Below are positions 8,163 to 19,458 of a DNA stretch of 64,000 nucleotides, in pieces (position 1 is the stretch's first letter; each line of letters starts with the position of its first letter). Source of the stretch: Thermoanaerobaculia bacterium (GTDB lineage: Bacteria; Acidobacteriota; Thermoanaerobaculia; Multivoradales; JAHEKO01). The notes beneath the pieces are model-generated. The model was not told where the DNA came from. It did no database searches and saw nothing but the letters and a program-made list of their open reading frames with translations. The DNA lies in assembly GCA_947259925.1 (NCBI GenBank), contig CAMYOG010000036.1, positions 36,208 to 100,207 on the forward strand, read 5' to 3'. The position numbers and the translations under genes were made by a program.

Positions 8163-9323
8163 CTAACCGCCCAGCTTGTAGCCCTGGCGGGCGCGGACCC
8201 GGAAGGTCGGGTTGACCGTCTTCACCGAGACCTGGCGGTAGTCCTCTTCGTCCTTCTCGTCCAGGGTGTACTCGGAGCGGTAGCTCAGCAGGTAGTAGCC
8301 GTTGTTGTCCTCCGCGATCTGATGCAGCGGATCGCGGAAGTTGATGAAATTGAAGAAGTACCTGCCACCGGTATCGTTCGACAGCACGCTCAGTCCGTTC
8401 TGGAGCTCCGCGATGTCCGGATTGAGGTCGGAGTCGTCGCGCAGAACCGAGATCGAGTAGACCGCCACGTTGTTGTCGTTCAGCTGCTCCATCATCGGCG
8501 CGTAGTAGCGGGAGTCCGGGGTGTAGGTGGTGGGAGTGTCCCCGACCACGCCGGCCTGGGTGATGTCACCGCCGACGTCCGTTTCGCCCAGACCGATGGT
8601 GAAGAGGAGCAGGTTCTTGCGACCGGTGATGTATCCGGCCGCCTCTCCGACCGTCTCGAGAGCGGCAAACATCCGCTTGCTGGCGCGCCGCAGCTCGTCA
8701 CCACGAGGCAGGTTCTTGGCCAGCGAGGGCCCCTCGTGGGTGGCGACGCGCGATTCCCAGAGATCGCCCGGCCGCTTGCCCTTGGCGAGCTGATTCAGGG
8801 CGCGCACGATCTTCTCGTTGTCGGTCGTGAAGTCCTGGTAGACCGACAGCCGGGCGTCCCAGCCGACAACCGCCACCCAGTCGTTGGGCAGGAGCTCTGA
8901 GTAGACCCACTTCTTGACCATCCGGATCGCCTCCAACTGGTAGGCGGTGAAGGCCGGGTTGAAGTGACGGGTCTCCTCGAAGAAGAGAATGAAGAAGCGA
9001 TCGACCGGAACCTGGCCGCGCTCGACGCCCAGCCGCTCGGCCAGATCGGCGCTGTCCACGAAGCGCCGATTGCTGTAGAAGGTCGCGCTGTTCAGACTGA
9101 CCGGGGCGCCCTTCTCCTCGACGATGAAGTCGCTCGGCTCGAGGCCGAGGATGACGTTGCCTTTGTCGTCAGTGACCAGCACGTCGAGCAACACCTCGGT
9201 CACGTTGATCTGCTCGCCGAACTGGCTCGCGGGCTCGTCCTGTGCCGGTGCCGCGGCGGGCAGCAGCAGTGCAACCAGGGCGATGGCTCCAACTACGGAT
9301 TGGGTCAGTCGTCTATTGCGCAT
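8163..9323 (-). CDS. secreted VWA domain protein (acidobacterial VWFA-related type)
   Basis: Has a signal peptide and an N-terminal block INVTEVLLDVLVTDDKGNVILGLEPSDFIVEEKGAPV. This is followed by a VWA-like fold, as in the TIGR03436-type proteins I recall. Confidence 0.7.
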   Translation of the reverse strand: MRNRRLTQSVVGAIALVALLLPAAAPAQDEPASQFGEQINVTEVLLDVLVTDDKGNVILGLEPSDFIVEEKGAPVSLNSATFYSNRRFVDSADLAERLGVERGQVPVDRFFILFFEETRHFNPAFTAYQLEAIRMVKKWVYSELLPNDWVAVVGWDARLSVYQDFTTDNEKIVRALNQLAKGKRPGDLWESRVATHEGPSLAKNLPRGDELRRASKRMFAALETVGEAAGYITGRKNLLLFTIGLGETDVGGDITQAGVVGDTPTTYTPDSRYYAPMMEQLNDNNVAVYSISVLRDDSDLNPDIAELQNGLSVLSNDTGGRYFFNFINFRDPLHQIAEDNNGYYLLSYRSEYTLDEKDEEDYRQVSVKTVNPTFRVRARQGYKLGG

Positions 9324-9373
9324 TTATAGAGCTCCTCTTCTTCTCTCTGCCAGATAGCAAAAGCGATGCCGGG

Positions 9374-9600
9374 TGCCGGGTATCGGGGACAGGCACGAAC
9401 ACCCAGCCTCGGTGTCGTGCGGTTCGTTGCGGCGAGGCCGGTCGGGGACAGGCACGAACACCCAGCCTTGGGTGTCCTGCGGGTCGATGCCACGAGGCCG
9501 TGGCTGGAGATATCCACAAAGATCGCTGTTCGTGCCTGTCCCCCAGCAAAGATCGCTGTCCGTGCCTGTCCCCCAAAGATCTCTGTCCGTACCGATCCCG
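9374..9600. repeat. REP-like intergenic repeat cluster (core GGGGACAGGCACGAACA)
   Basis: The core is at 9385-9401 and 9444-9460 inside two ~59-bp direct units. Its reverse complement is at 9527-9543 (exact), 9557-9573 (1 mismatch) and 9584-9600 (degenerate), in ~30-bp tandem units. Confidence 0.85.
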
Positions 9601-9631
9601 CGGAAGGCGTCCCAATCTGAGGACGACTCCC

Positions 9632-11774
<2,143 letters not shown>

Positions 11775-11782
<8 letters not shown>

Positions 11783-13571
11783 GGCTCACCTCCGCGCGCT
11801 GGTAGAGGGTGTCGATCCGATCACCGTACTTGGCGACGATGATGCGGCGCTTGATCTTCTGGGTCGGCGTCAGCTCGCCCGACTCGATCGTCCACTCGGA
11901 CTCGAGCAGGTCCCAGGCGTGAATCCGCTCGTATTTCGCCAGCTCACGGTTGACCCGCGTCAGCTCGTCCTCGAACAGCTCGAGGACTACGGCCTCGCGT
12001 ACCAGGCTGGTCGGCTCACCGTCCAGCCCCTTGGCCGTCGCCCATCCCTTGAGGGTCTCGAAGTCGGGCACCAGGAGCGCCGAGAGGAACTTCCGGCGAT
12101 CGCCGATGACGATCGCCTGCTCGATGAAGCGGCTCGCCTTGAGGGCGTTCTCGATCGGCGCGGGCGCGATGTTCTTGCCGTAGGCGTTGACGATCAGCTC
12201 CTTCTTCCGGTCGGTGATCCGCAGGTAGCCCTGGTCGTCGAACTCCCCGATGTCGCCGGTGTGGAACCAGCCGTCCTCGTCGATCGCCTCGGCGGTCGCC
12301 TCGGGCAGGTTGTAGTAGCCCTTCATGATGTTCGGGCCGCGGGCGATGATCTCGCCGTCCTCGGCGATGCGCAGCTCGACGCCGTCGAGCGCAGGCCCTA
12401 CGGTGCCCAGCCGAGCCTCGTGCCGTCGGTTGACTGTCAGCACCGGCGAGGTCTCGGTCAGGCCGTAGCCCTCGTAGATCTCGATGCCAGCACCCCAGAA
12501 GAAGGCGGCGACGTCCTTGGATAGGGGCGCGCCACCCGAGGTGGCGAACAGGAAGCGTCCCCCCAGCCGCTCATGGATCTTGGAGAAGACCAGCTTGTCG
12601 GCCACCCGGAGCTTGACCCCGAGCCACCCGGGCGGGATCTCGCCCCGGAGGCGATACGGCATCGCCTCCCGTCCTACCTCGACGGCCCAGTCGAAGATCT
12701 TTTGGCTGAGCGGGGAGCTCTTGGCTACCCCTTCGTGGACCTTGCCGAGCAGCTTCTCGTAGACGCGTGGCACCGATACGAAGACGTGGGGTCTGACCTC
12801 CAGGAGATTCGCACCGACCATTTGCACCGACTCCGCGTAGGCGATCGTCGCGCCGCGGGTGAAGTAGATGTAGTCGACCGTCCGCTCGAACGAGTGCGAC
12901 AGCGGCAGGAAGGACAGAGCTGTGTGCTCGGGCTGTACATCGATGCAGTGCTGCGACGCCATGACGTTGGAGGCGATGTTGCCGTGGGTGAGCATGACGC
13001 CCTTCGGATTGCCGGTGGTGCCGCTGGTGTAGATGAAGGTCGCCAGATCGTCGGGCTCCACCTTCCGGGCGCGGCGCTCGAGCTCCTCCCAGGGCATCGG
13101 CTCGCTCTCCGCGAGCAGCCGGTCGAGCGTCGTCACCCCCGCGGGAGGCTCGCCACCGATGAGGATGAACTCGTGTACCCGCGGCATGTCGGCCCGCTCC
13201 CCGAGCATGCCGTCGAGCCGCTCGCGCTCCTCGATCAGGACGACCTCGGCGCCGCAGTCGTTGGCCACGTAGGCGCCCTGGTCGGGCGTCAGGGTGGGGT
13301 AGATCGGCACCAGCACCGCGCCCAGGCAGAGGCAGGCGAAGTCGACGGTCGGCCAGTGCAACCCGTTGTCGGCCATCAGGGCGACCCGGTCACCCGCCTT
13401 GACGCCGCGCGCCTCCAGCGCCGTCGCCAGGCGCTGGACGGCGTCGGCTAGCTCTCGGGTCGAGACCGGGGTCCACTCGCCTTCGGCCTTGTGCAGCAGG
13501 CAGTCGGGCTTGTCATACCCTGTCGCCAGCAGAAAGACGTCGCAGAGCGTTCGGATATCCGGTTCCGGCAT
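11775..13571 (-). CDS. long-chain acyl-CoA synthetase (AMP-dependent ligase)
   Basis: Motifs YTSGTTGNPKGVMLTHGN, GYGLTETSP and TGDIGEFDDQGYLRITDRKKELI. An 8-nt overlap with the downstream FadB-like gene suggests an operon. Confidence 0.9.
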
Positions 13572-13682
13572 GGCCCCCCCCGAAGTGGTCAGAGCAGGCC
13601 AGAATCATATCTCGCCCGCCGTCCTCGTGACCGCATCTTGACCCCCACCGACCCCGGGGATAATGTTCCCCCGCCATTCGGC

Positions 13683-13759
13683 CGGGGCGTAGCTCAGCCT
13701 GGTAGAGCGCACGGTTCGGGACCGTGAGGCCGGAGGTTCAAATCCTCTCGCCCCGACCA
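13683..13759 (+). tRNA. tRNA-Pro (anticodon CGG)
   Basis: Folded by hand into a 77-nt cloverleaf. Acceptor stem is CGGGGCG/CGCCCCG, D arm GCTC-AGCCTGGTA-GAGC, anticodon arm CACGG-TTCGGGA-CCGTG and T arm GGAGG-TTCAAAT-CCTCT. Discriminator A and an encoded CCA are present. Confidence 0.95.
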
Positions 13760-13828
13760 TAGGCCTGACGGCTGTCTCGTCTCCCATTCCCCACGGTTTC
13801 CTCATGGGGGACTGCCGAGGCGCGGAGC

Positions 13829-13896
13829 TTTGGACAAAGGGGAGGGCCCTTGCCTCTGAGCCCTGCATTGGACAAAGGGGAGAGCCCTCGCCTTTG
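13829..13896. repeat. two ~30-nt direct repeats (TTGGACAAAGGGGAGRGCCCTYGCCTYTGA), 38-bp period
   Basis: Copies at 13829-13858 and 13867-13896 are identical at 27 of 30 positions by my alignment. They lie between tRNA-Pro and the OPT transporter gene. Confidence 0.7.
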
Positions 13897-14048
13897 AACC
13901 ACTCCATCGGGTTGCGGTCCGACGGGTTCGGCGGTGCCCAGCGCATGTGGCGGATCGGAGGAGTAGCTGCTGCTGCGGCTGAAGCCTGCGCGCGGTGGGA
14001 GCCCTGGTACGATCCCCTGTCCGCCGCAGAGAGACAGAAAGGAACGAG

Positions 14049-16106
14049 ATGGCTGAAGAGCAGGCTCGATCGCACGTGCCGTACGTTCCGGCACGGACCG
14101 ACCTCCCGGAGCTGACCTGGCGAGCGCTGGTGCTCGGCATCCTGATGGCGGTGGTGCTCGGAGCCGCCAACGCCTACCTGGGGCTCAAGGCGGGGCTGAC
14201 CATCTCGGCCACCTTCCCGGCAGCGGTGGTCGCGATCGCCGCCTTTCGACTGCCGTTCTTTCGCGGCAACGTCCTGGAGCAGAACATCGCCCGCACGACG
14301 GCCAGCGTCGGTGAGGCCCTGGTCGCAGGCGCGATCTTCACGATTCCCGCATTCCTGATCGCGCGCGTCGACGGCGAGCCGGTCTGGAGCACCTTCGACT
14401 ACTGGTCGAGCACCTGGATCATGCTGGTGGGCGGGGTGCTCGGAGTGCTGTTCGTCATCCTGCTGCGGCGGACCCTGGTGGAGGACGCGGACCTGCCGTT
14501 TCCCGAGTCGGCGGCGTGCGCGGAGCTGGTCAAGGCGGGTCAGAAGGGCGAAAGCGGGGCCAAGTACGTTTTCGGGGCGATCGGAGTCTCGGCGCTGCTC
14601 GAGCTGCTCAAGAACTCGCGCGGCATCGAGATCATCGCCAGCTACAAGGAGTGGTTCGTGCGCTTCCCGCGGTCGCTGGTCACGCACGGCAGCGCCGAGC
14701 ACCCGCTCGGTCAGGTCGCCCACCAGGGCGGCGCCTTCCTCTCCAGCCCTGCAGCCTCGCCTGCGCTGATCGCGGTCGGCTACATCATCGGGCCGCGGCT
14801 GGCCGCGGTGGCGTTCTCGGGCGGCGCCTTCGGGTGGCTCTTTCTGGTGCCGCTCCTCCTGTTCATCGATCCGGATCTCGGGCAGCGCGCCGGAGGAGCG
14901 GCGGACGCCGAGCTGGCCGACTCGGTCTGGCGCAACTACGTCCGGCCGATCGCGGTCGGCGCCATGCTGGTCGGGGCGGTGCACACTCTCGTCGGCCTGC
15001 GCGACTCGCTCGGCCAGGCGTTCGTCCGGGTCGTCGCCGACTTTCGCAAGAAGGCGTTCGTCGAGTCCGAGGCCGAGGTCGGGTCGCGGCTCGAGATCGA
15101 CGTCTCGCTCAAGTGGATCACCATCGGCGTGGCGCTGACCGTGGTCCCGATGACCGTGCTCTACTGGTACTTCACCGGCAGCCTGGCCGGCGCGCTGCTC
15201 GCGGCCGTGATCATGACGGTGACCGGCTTTCTGTTCTCGGCGGTCGGCGGCTATCTGGTCGGTCTGATCGGCGGTTCCAACCAACCGATCAGCGGGCTGG
15301 CGCTGTCGACCCTGATCATTGCCGCTCTGCTGATGGTGGCGATCGGCGTCACCGGCGCCGGTGGTGTGGCGGCGGTGCTGGGCGTCGCGGCCGTGGTCTG
15401 CTGCGCTTCGGCGATGGCGGGCGACATGATTCAGGACCTGAAGGTCGGCCATCTGCTGGGCGGCACCCCCTGGAAGATGGAGATCGCCGAGATGATCTCT
15501 ACGGTCACCGTCGCCTTCGTCCTGATCTGGCCGATGGTCTTCCTGCACGCCGGCGTTCCGGGCGGCATCGGCGGCGAGCAGCTGGCCGCGCCCCAGGCCG
15601 GCCTGATGGCTCAGCTGGCGACCGGCATCGTCGGCGGCAGCATGCCATGGGCGCTGATCGCCATCGGCATCGCCTTCGGCCTCTCGCTGGTGCTGATCAA
15701 GTCGCCGTCGCCGATGTTGATCGCGGTCGGCATGTACCTCCACCTCGACACGACCTCGGCGATCTTCGTCGGTGGCGTCCTGGCCTGGATCGTCGAGCTG
15801 ATCCAGCGTCGCCGCCAGGCGACCGAGAAGCAGAAGCTGGTGTCGGCGAACCGGGGCACGCTGATCGCGTCCGGCCTGATCGCCGGCGAGGCGCTGATGG
15901 CGGTGGCGCTGGCCGCGCTCTACTTCTTCCTACCGCCCGATCCACCCGGGGGCGTCAGCTCGATCGCGAGCTCCTGGCTGGGGATCGATACCGCCGGCGC
16001 GCTGTCGGCGATGGGTGGGTGGCTGGCCCTGGCGCTGTTCGGTATCGTCGCCTACTGCTTGATCCGGATACCGTTGCAGGCCGCTGGAGGATCGACCGAT
16101 GCGTAA
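14049..16106 (+). CDS. OPT-family oligopeptide transporter
   Basis: Polytopic membrane protein. The N-terminal block ELTWRALVLGILMAVVLGAANAYLGLKAGLTISATFPAAV is typical of bacterial OPT proteins. ATG 14049 (MAEEQ..) is preferred over the track's 13995 start. Confidence 0.85.
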   Translation: MAEEQARSHVPYVPARTDLPELTWRALVLGILMAVVLGAANAYLGLKAGLTISATFPAAVVAIAAFRLPFFRGNVLEQNIARTTASVGEALVAGAIFTIPAFLIARVDGEPVWSTFDYWSSTWIMLVGGVLGVLFVILLRRTLVEDADLPFPESAACAELVKAGQKGESGAKYVFGAIGVSALLELLKNSRGIEIIASYKEWFVRFPRSLVTHGSAEHPLGQVAHQGGAFLSSPAASPALIAVGYIIGPRLAAVAFSGGAFGWLFLVPLLLFIDPDLGQRAGGAADAELADSVWRNYVRPIAVGAMLVGAVHTLVGLRDSLGQAFVRVVADFRKKAFVESEAEVGSRLEIDVSLKWITIGVALTVVPMTVLYWYFTGSLAGALLAAVIMTVTGFLFSAVGGYLVGLIGGSNQPISGLALSTLIIAALLMVAIGVTGAGGVAAVLGVAAVVCCASAMAGDMIQDLKVGHLLGGTPWKMEIAEMISTVTVAFVLIWPMVFLHAGVPGGIGGEQLAAPQAGLMAQLATGIVGGSMPWALIAIGIAFGLSLVLIKSPSPMLIAVGMYLHLDTTSAIFVGGVLAWIVELIQRRRQATEKQKLVSANRGTLIASGLIAGEALMAVALAALYFFLPPDPPGGVSSIASSWLGIDTAGALSAMGGWLALALFGIVAYCLIRIPLQAAGGSTDA

Positions 16107-16302
16107 CGTCCGAATCTTCCTGCTCGGGATCCTGGTCGTGCTGGCCTTCGTGCTGGTGGTCCAGAACACCGAAGTGGTCGGCGTCAGATTCCTGATCTGG
16201 GAGCTGGTCATGTCCAGGATCGTCCTGCTCACCGGGTCGATGGTGGTCGGGTTCATCGCCGGGTACATCGTCGCCAAGCTGACCGGTCGCAAGCGCGCGT
16301 GA
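16099..16302 (+). CDS. LapA-domain (DUF1049) small membrane protein
   Basis: 67 aa with two TM helices (IFLLGILVVLAFVLVVQN..VLLTGSMVVGFIAGYIVAKL). It overlaps the OPT gene end by 8 nt. Confidence 0.65.
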   Translation: MRNVRIFLLGILVVLAFVLVVQNTEVVGVRFLIWELVMSRIVLLTGSMVVGFIAGYIVAKLTGRKRA

Positions 16303-16384
16303 GCGGCGGCCGCGCCCGCGCGCGCTTGCTCGGTCCGCTACGTTGCCTTAGTCTTGCGGCCATCTCTGGTAGAAGGGGGTCTAC

Positions 16385-17860
16385 GTGATCTACGTCTGGG
16401 CGGTAGCCATCTACCTCGCGTTCCTGATCGCCGTCAGCATCTACAAGAGCCGGCAGATCAAGGATCAGGACGACTTCATGGTCGCCGGCCGGAATGTCAC
16501 CGCGACCTTCCTGGTGGCCACGCTGGTCTGTACCTGGATCGGCTCCGGCAGTCTCTTCGGCGGCGCCGGACGAGCGTTCCGTGAGGGCTTCTCGGCGCTA
16601 TGGATGAGTGCCGGTGCCTGGGTCGGCATCGCGATCGTCTACTTCCTCGCCCATCGAGTGCGCCGGATCGCCAAGTACACGGTCCCCGATATCCTCGAGA
16701 CCCGCTACACGCCCGCCGCGCGCCTGCTCGGCTCGTTGGCGATCATCATCGCCTATCTGACCATCGCCAGCTATCAGTTCAAGGGCGGCGGCCGCATCCT
16801 GGCCATCCTGATCCCCGGCTTCGACCCGGTGGTCGGGGCGGCGATCACCTGCGGCCTGGTGGTGCTCTACACGGTGGCCGCCGGCATGCTCTCGATCGTC
16901 ACGCTCGACCTGATCAACGGCATCATGATCACGCTCGGCGTCCTGATCGCGGCGCCGCTGGTGCTCGGCGCCGCCGGCGGCTGGGGCGAGCTGACCACGA
17001 CCCTTCCCGACACCCATTTCACGGTGGTCGGCCGGACCGGTATCGCCCAGGCGCTCGGCCTCTTCTTCCCGACCTTCTTCCTGCTCCTCGGCGAGAGCGG
17101 GATGTACCAGAAGTTCATGGGCGCCAAGGACGCGATGACCGCTCGGCGGGCGGTGATCGGCATGATCATCGGCGTCATCGTGGTCGAGACGGTGCTCGAC
17201 GCGACCGCGATCTTCGGCGCCGGCCTCTACTGGGGCGATCCCGCCTACCGGGCCGCCGACGGGACGTTCAACACTGCGGCGAGCGAGACGATTCTGCTGC
17301 AAGTCGCGCGCCACAACCTGCCGATGGTCTTCGGCATCCTGCTGCTGATCGGCGGCGTGGCGATCGTCTTCTCGACCGCCAACACCTTCCTGATGATCCC
17401 GTCGACCAACGTCGCGCGCGACATCTACCAGCGCTTCATCAATCCGGATGCGAGTCAGAGTCGGATCATCGCCATCCAGCGCCTGATGATCGTCCTGCTG
17501 GCGATCGTCGCCTTCGTCGCGTCGACCTTCTTCGAGAGCATCCTCGACATGGCGCTCTACGCCTACACGATGGTCGGCGCGGCGGTGACGCCGGCGCTGC
17601 TCGCCGCCTTCCTCTGGCGCAGGGTGACCCAGTTCGGCGGCACACTGTCGGTCGCCGCGGGCGTGGTGACCAGCCTGCTCTTCGCCGCACTGAATCAGAT
17701 CGGTGTCGAGAGCCTGCCGCTCGGCTTCGTGACCATGCCGCTCGACTACGAGTACGCGATCTACCCGGCCGCGACCGCGTCGATTCTGGGGTTGATCATC
17801 GGCAGCCTGATGACGCCGCCGTCGCCGGAAGAGAAGTGGAAGCCATTCTGGACCGAGTGA
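16385..17860 (+). CDS. sodium:solute symporter family (SSF) transporter
   Basis: About 13 hydrophobic spans. The N-terminal FMVAGRNV..TWIGSGSLFGGAG motif is typical of the SSF family. Confidence 0.8.
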   Translation: MIYVWAVAIYLAFLIAVSIYKSRQIKDQDDFMVAGRNVTATFLVATLVCTWIGSGSLFGGAGRAFREGFSALWMSAGAWVGIAIVYFLAHRVRRIAKYTVPDILETRYTPAARLLGSLAIIIAYLTIASYQFKGGGRILAILIPGFDPVVGAAITCGLVVLYTVAAGMLSIVTLDLINGIMITLGVLIAAPLVLGAAGGWGELTTTLPDTHFTVVGRTGIAQALGLFFPTFFLLLGESGMYQKFMGAKDAMTARRAVIGMIIGVIVVETVLDATAIFGAGLYWGDPAYRAADGTFNTAASETILLQVARHNLPMVFGILLLIGGVAIVFSTANTFLMIPSTNVARDIYQRFINPDASQSRIIAIQRLMIVLLAIVAFVASTFFESILDMALYAYTMVGAAVTPALLAAFLWRRVTQFGGTLSVAAGVVTSLLFAALNQIGVESLPLGFVTMPLDYEYAIYPAATASILGLIIGSLMTPPSPEEKWKPFWTE

Positions 17861-18091
17861 CCCTACTGCGCGAGCGTACGCACCTGAATCTGCGCGATCT
17901 ACCTCGGTCGGGCGTCCTCGACGTACACGAGTACGCCTGCGGTGCCCTCGGTCGGCAGATCCCACATCTCCAGGCGCCTACACTCGCTCGCTACGGGCCA
18001 CCCTCTCGGTGATGACGCGGGCCGCGTCCGCGAGTGGTCGCGGGGAGGCTCTCAGGGAGTAGACTGGGGCCGAGGAGGAGCTTGGAAGCAG

Positions 18092-18898
18092 ATGTCGCGC
18101 CTCCGCACGCCGGCAGTCAGCGGACTCTTCTACCCTGAGTCGGCACGCGAGCTGAGGTCGCTGGTCCGTCGGTACCTCGACGAGGGGGAGAGCTCGCCGC
18201 AGCTCGGTGGCGACGCCCGCGCACTAATCGCGCCGCACGCCGGCTATGTCTACTCGGGCCCGATCGCCGGCAGCTCGTTCCGGCAGCTGATGCCCGCGGG
18301 CCCGCCGGTCGAGCGTGTCGTGCTGCTCGGCCCGTCCCACCGTTATCCGTTCGTGGGCCTGGCGCTGCCGGACGCCGACGCCTTCTCGACGCCGCTCGGC
18401 GACGTGCCGATCGACGCCGAGCTGCGCGAGAGGGTAGAGGATCTGCCGCAGGTCGTGGTCAGCGACCCGGCGCACGCGCAGGAGCACTCGCTCGAGGTCG
18501 AGCTGCCGTTCCTCCAGGAGGTGCTCGGGGACGGCTTCAGTCTGCTCCCCCTGGTGGTCGGATCGAGCGACGCCGAGTCGGTCGCCGAGGTGCTCGAACG
18601 GGTCTGGACCGCGCCCGAGATTCTGGTCGTGATCAGCTCCGATCTCTCGCACTTCCTGAGCTACGACCAGGCGTCGAGGCTCGACGCCGACACCGCCGAG
18701 CGGATCCTGCGGCTCGATACCCACCTCACCGGGGACCGGGCGTGCGGAGCGATCCCGATTAACGGCCTGCTACGGGCGGCGCGGCGCCGCGGCCTGACCG
18801 GCCGCCTGCTCGATCTGCGCAACTCGGGCGACACCGCCGGCAATCGTTCCAGCGTCGTCGGCTACGGTGCGTTCGACTTCGGGGCCGCTCCGGCATGA
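18092..18898 (+). CDS. AmmeMemoRadiSam system protein B (Memo-like)
   Basis: PAVSGLFYP, APHAGYVYSG and HSLEVELPFLQ motifs. A GAGGAGGAG Shine-Dalgarno sequence lies 12 nt before ATG 18092, so the track's upstream extension was rejected. Confidence 0.8.
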   Translation: MSRLRTPAVSGLFYPESARELRSLVRRYLDEGESSPQLGGDARALIAPHAGYVYSGPIAGSSFRQLMPAGPPVERVVLLGPSHRYPFVGLALPDADAFSTPLGDVPIDAELRERVEDLPQVVVSDPAHAQEHSLEVELPFLQEVLGDGFSLLPLVVGSSDAESVAEVLERVWTAPEILVVISSDLSHFLSYDQASRLDADTAERILRLDTHLTGDRACGAIPINGLLRAARRRGLTGRLLDLRNSGDTAGNRSSVVGYGAFDFGAAPA

Positions 18899-19455
18899 CC
18901 GATGTTGCAGCCGGCGGCGCCGCGCTCCTGGCGATCGCGCGCTCGGCCCTGATCGAGGCGGTGAGCGGTACACGGACGGAGACCGCCGAGCCGCCCGAGT
19001 CGCTGCGCGAAGAGCGAGCGACCTTCGTGACGTTGACACGCCACGGCGAGCTGCGCGGCTGCATAGGAACCCTCGAGCCGCGCCGTTCGCTCTACGACGA
19101 CGTGCGCGAGAACGCCCGCGCCGCCGCGCTGAGAGATACCCGCTTCGCGCCGGTCGGCGCCGATGAGCTCGACGACATTTCGGTCGAGGTCTCGGTCCTC
19201 TCACCACTGCGGGAGATCGAGCACCGGGACGAAGACGAGCTGCTCGCGATCCTGCGGCCGGGCGTCGACGGGCTGGTCATCGCCCACGAGGCCCGCCGCG
19301 CGACCTTCCTGCCCCAGGTCTGGGAGAGCCTGCCGCATCCACGCGCTTTCGTGCAGGCACTCAAGACCAAGGCGGGACTGGCGCGAGACTTCTGGTCGGA
19401 CGACCTGCGCGCCTGGCGCTTCACGGTCGAGAAGTTCGGAGAAGAGGACGGCTGA
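18895..19455 (+). CDS. AmmeMemoRadiSam system protein A (AMMECR1 domain)
   Basis: ATGA overlap with the Memo-like gene. The AMMECR1 signature is present: FVTLTRHGELRGCIGTLEP...DTRFAPV. Confidence 0.85.
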   Translation: MTDVAAGGAALLAIARSALIEAVSGTRTETAEPPESLREERATFVTLTRHGELRGCIGTLEPRRSLYDDVRENARAAALRDTRFAPVGADELDDISVEVSVLSPLREIEHRDEDELLAILRPGVDGLVIAHEARRATFLPQVWESLPHPRAFVQALKTKAGLARDFWSDDLRAWRFTVEKFGEEDG

Positions 19456-19458
19456 GGG

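Noticed and set aside
9385-9600. Possible small CRISPR array
   Set aside because: There are only two direct copies, with the other copies in the opposite orientation. Repeat and spacer lengths are not CRISPR-like, and there are no cas genes in the window. A REP-like element explains it better.
13683-14048. tRNA-Pro as the boundary of an integrated island
   Set aside because: There is no integrase or recombinase. I noticed no second copy of the tRNA 3' end, and there is no compositional shift. The downstream genes (OPT, SSF) look like ordinary chromosome.
13605-15743. 712-codon minus-strand ORF
   Set aside because: It is antisense to the well-supported OPT transporter and runs straight across the tRNA-Pro gene. 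The low-complexity Arg/Asp/Gly/His composition marks it as a shadow ORF.
17861-18091. 230-bp spacer before the Memo-like gene as a possible riboswitch or ncRNA, or a gene remnant
   Set aside because: I recognised no conserved riboswitch core or convincing secondary structure. It contains a plausible promoter (TAGACT 18060-18065) and an SD, so an ordinary 5' region is the simplest reading.
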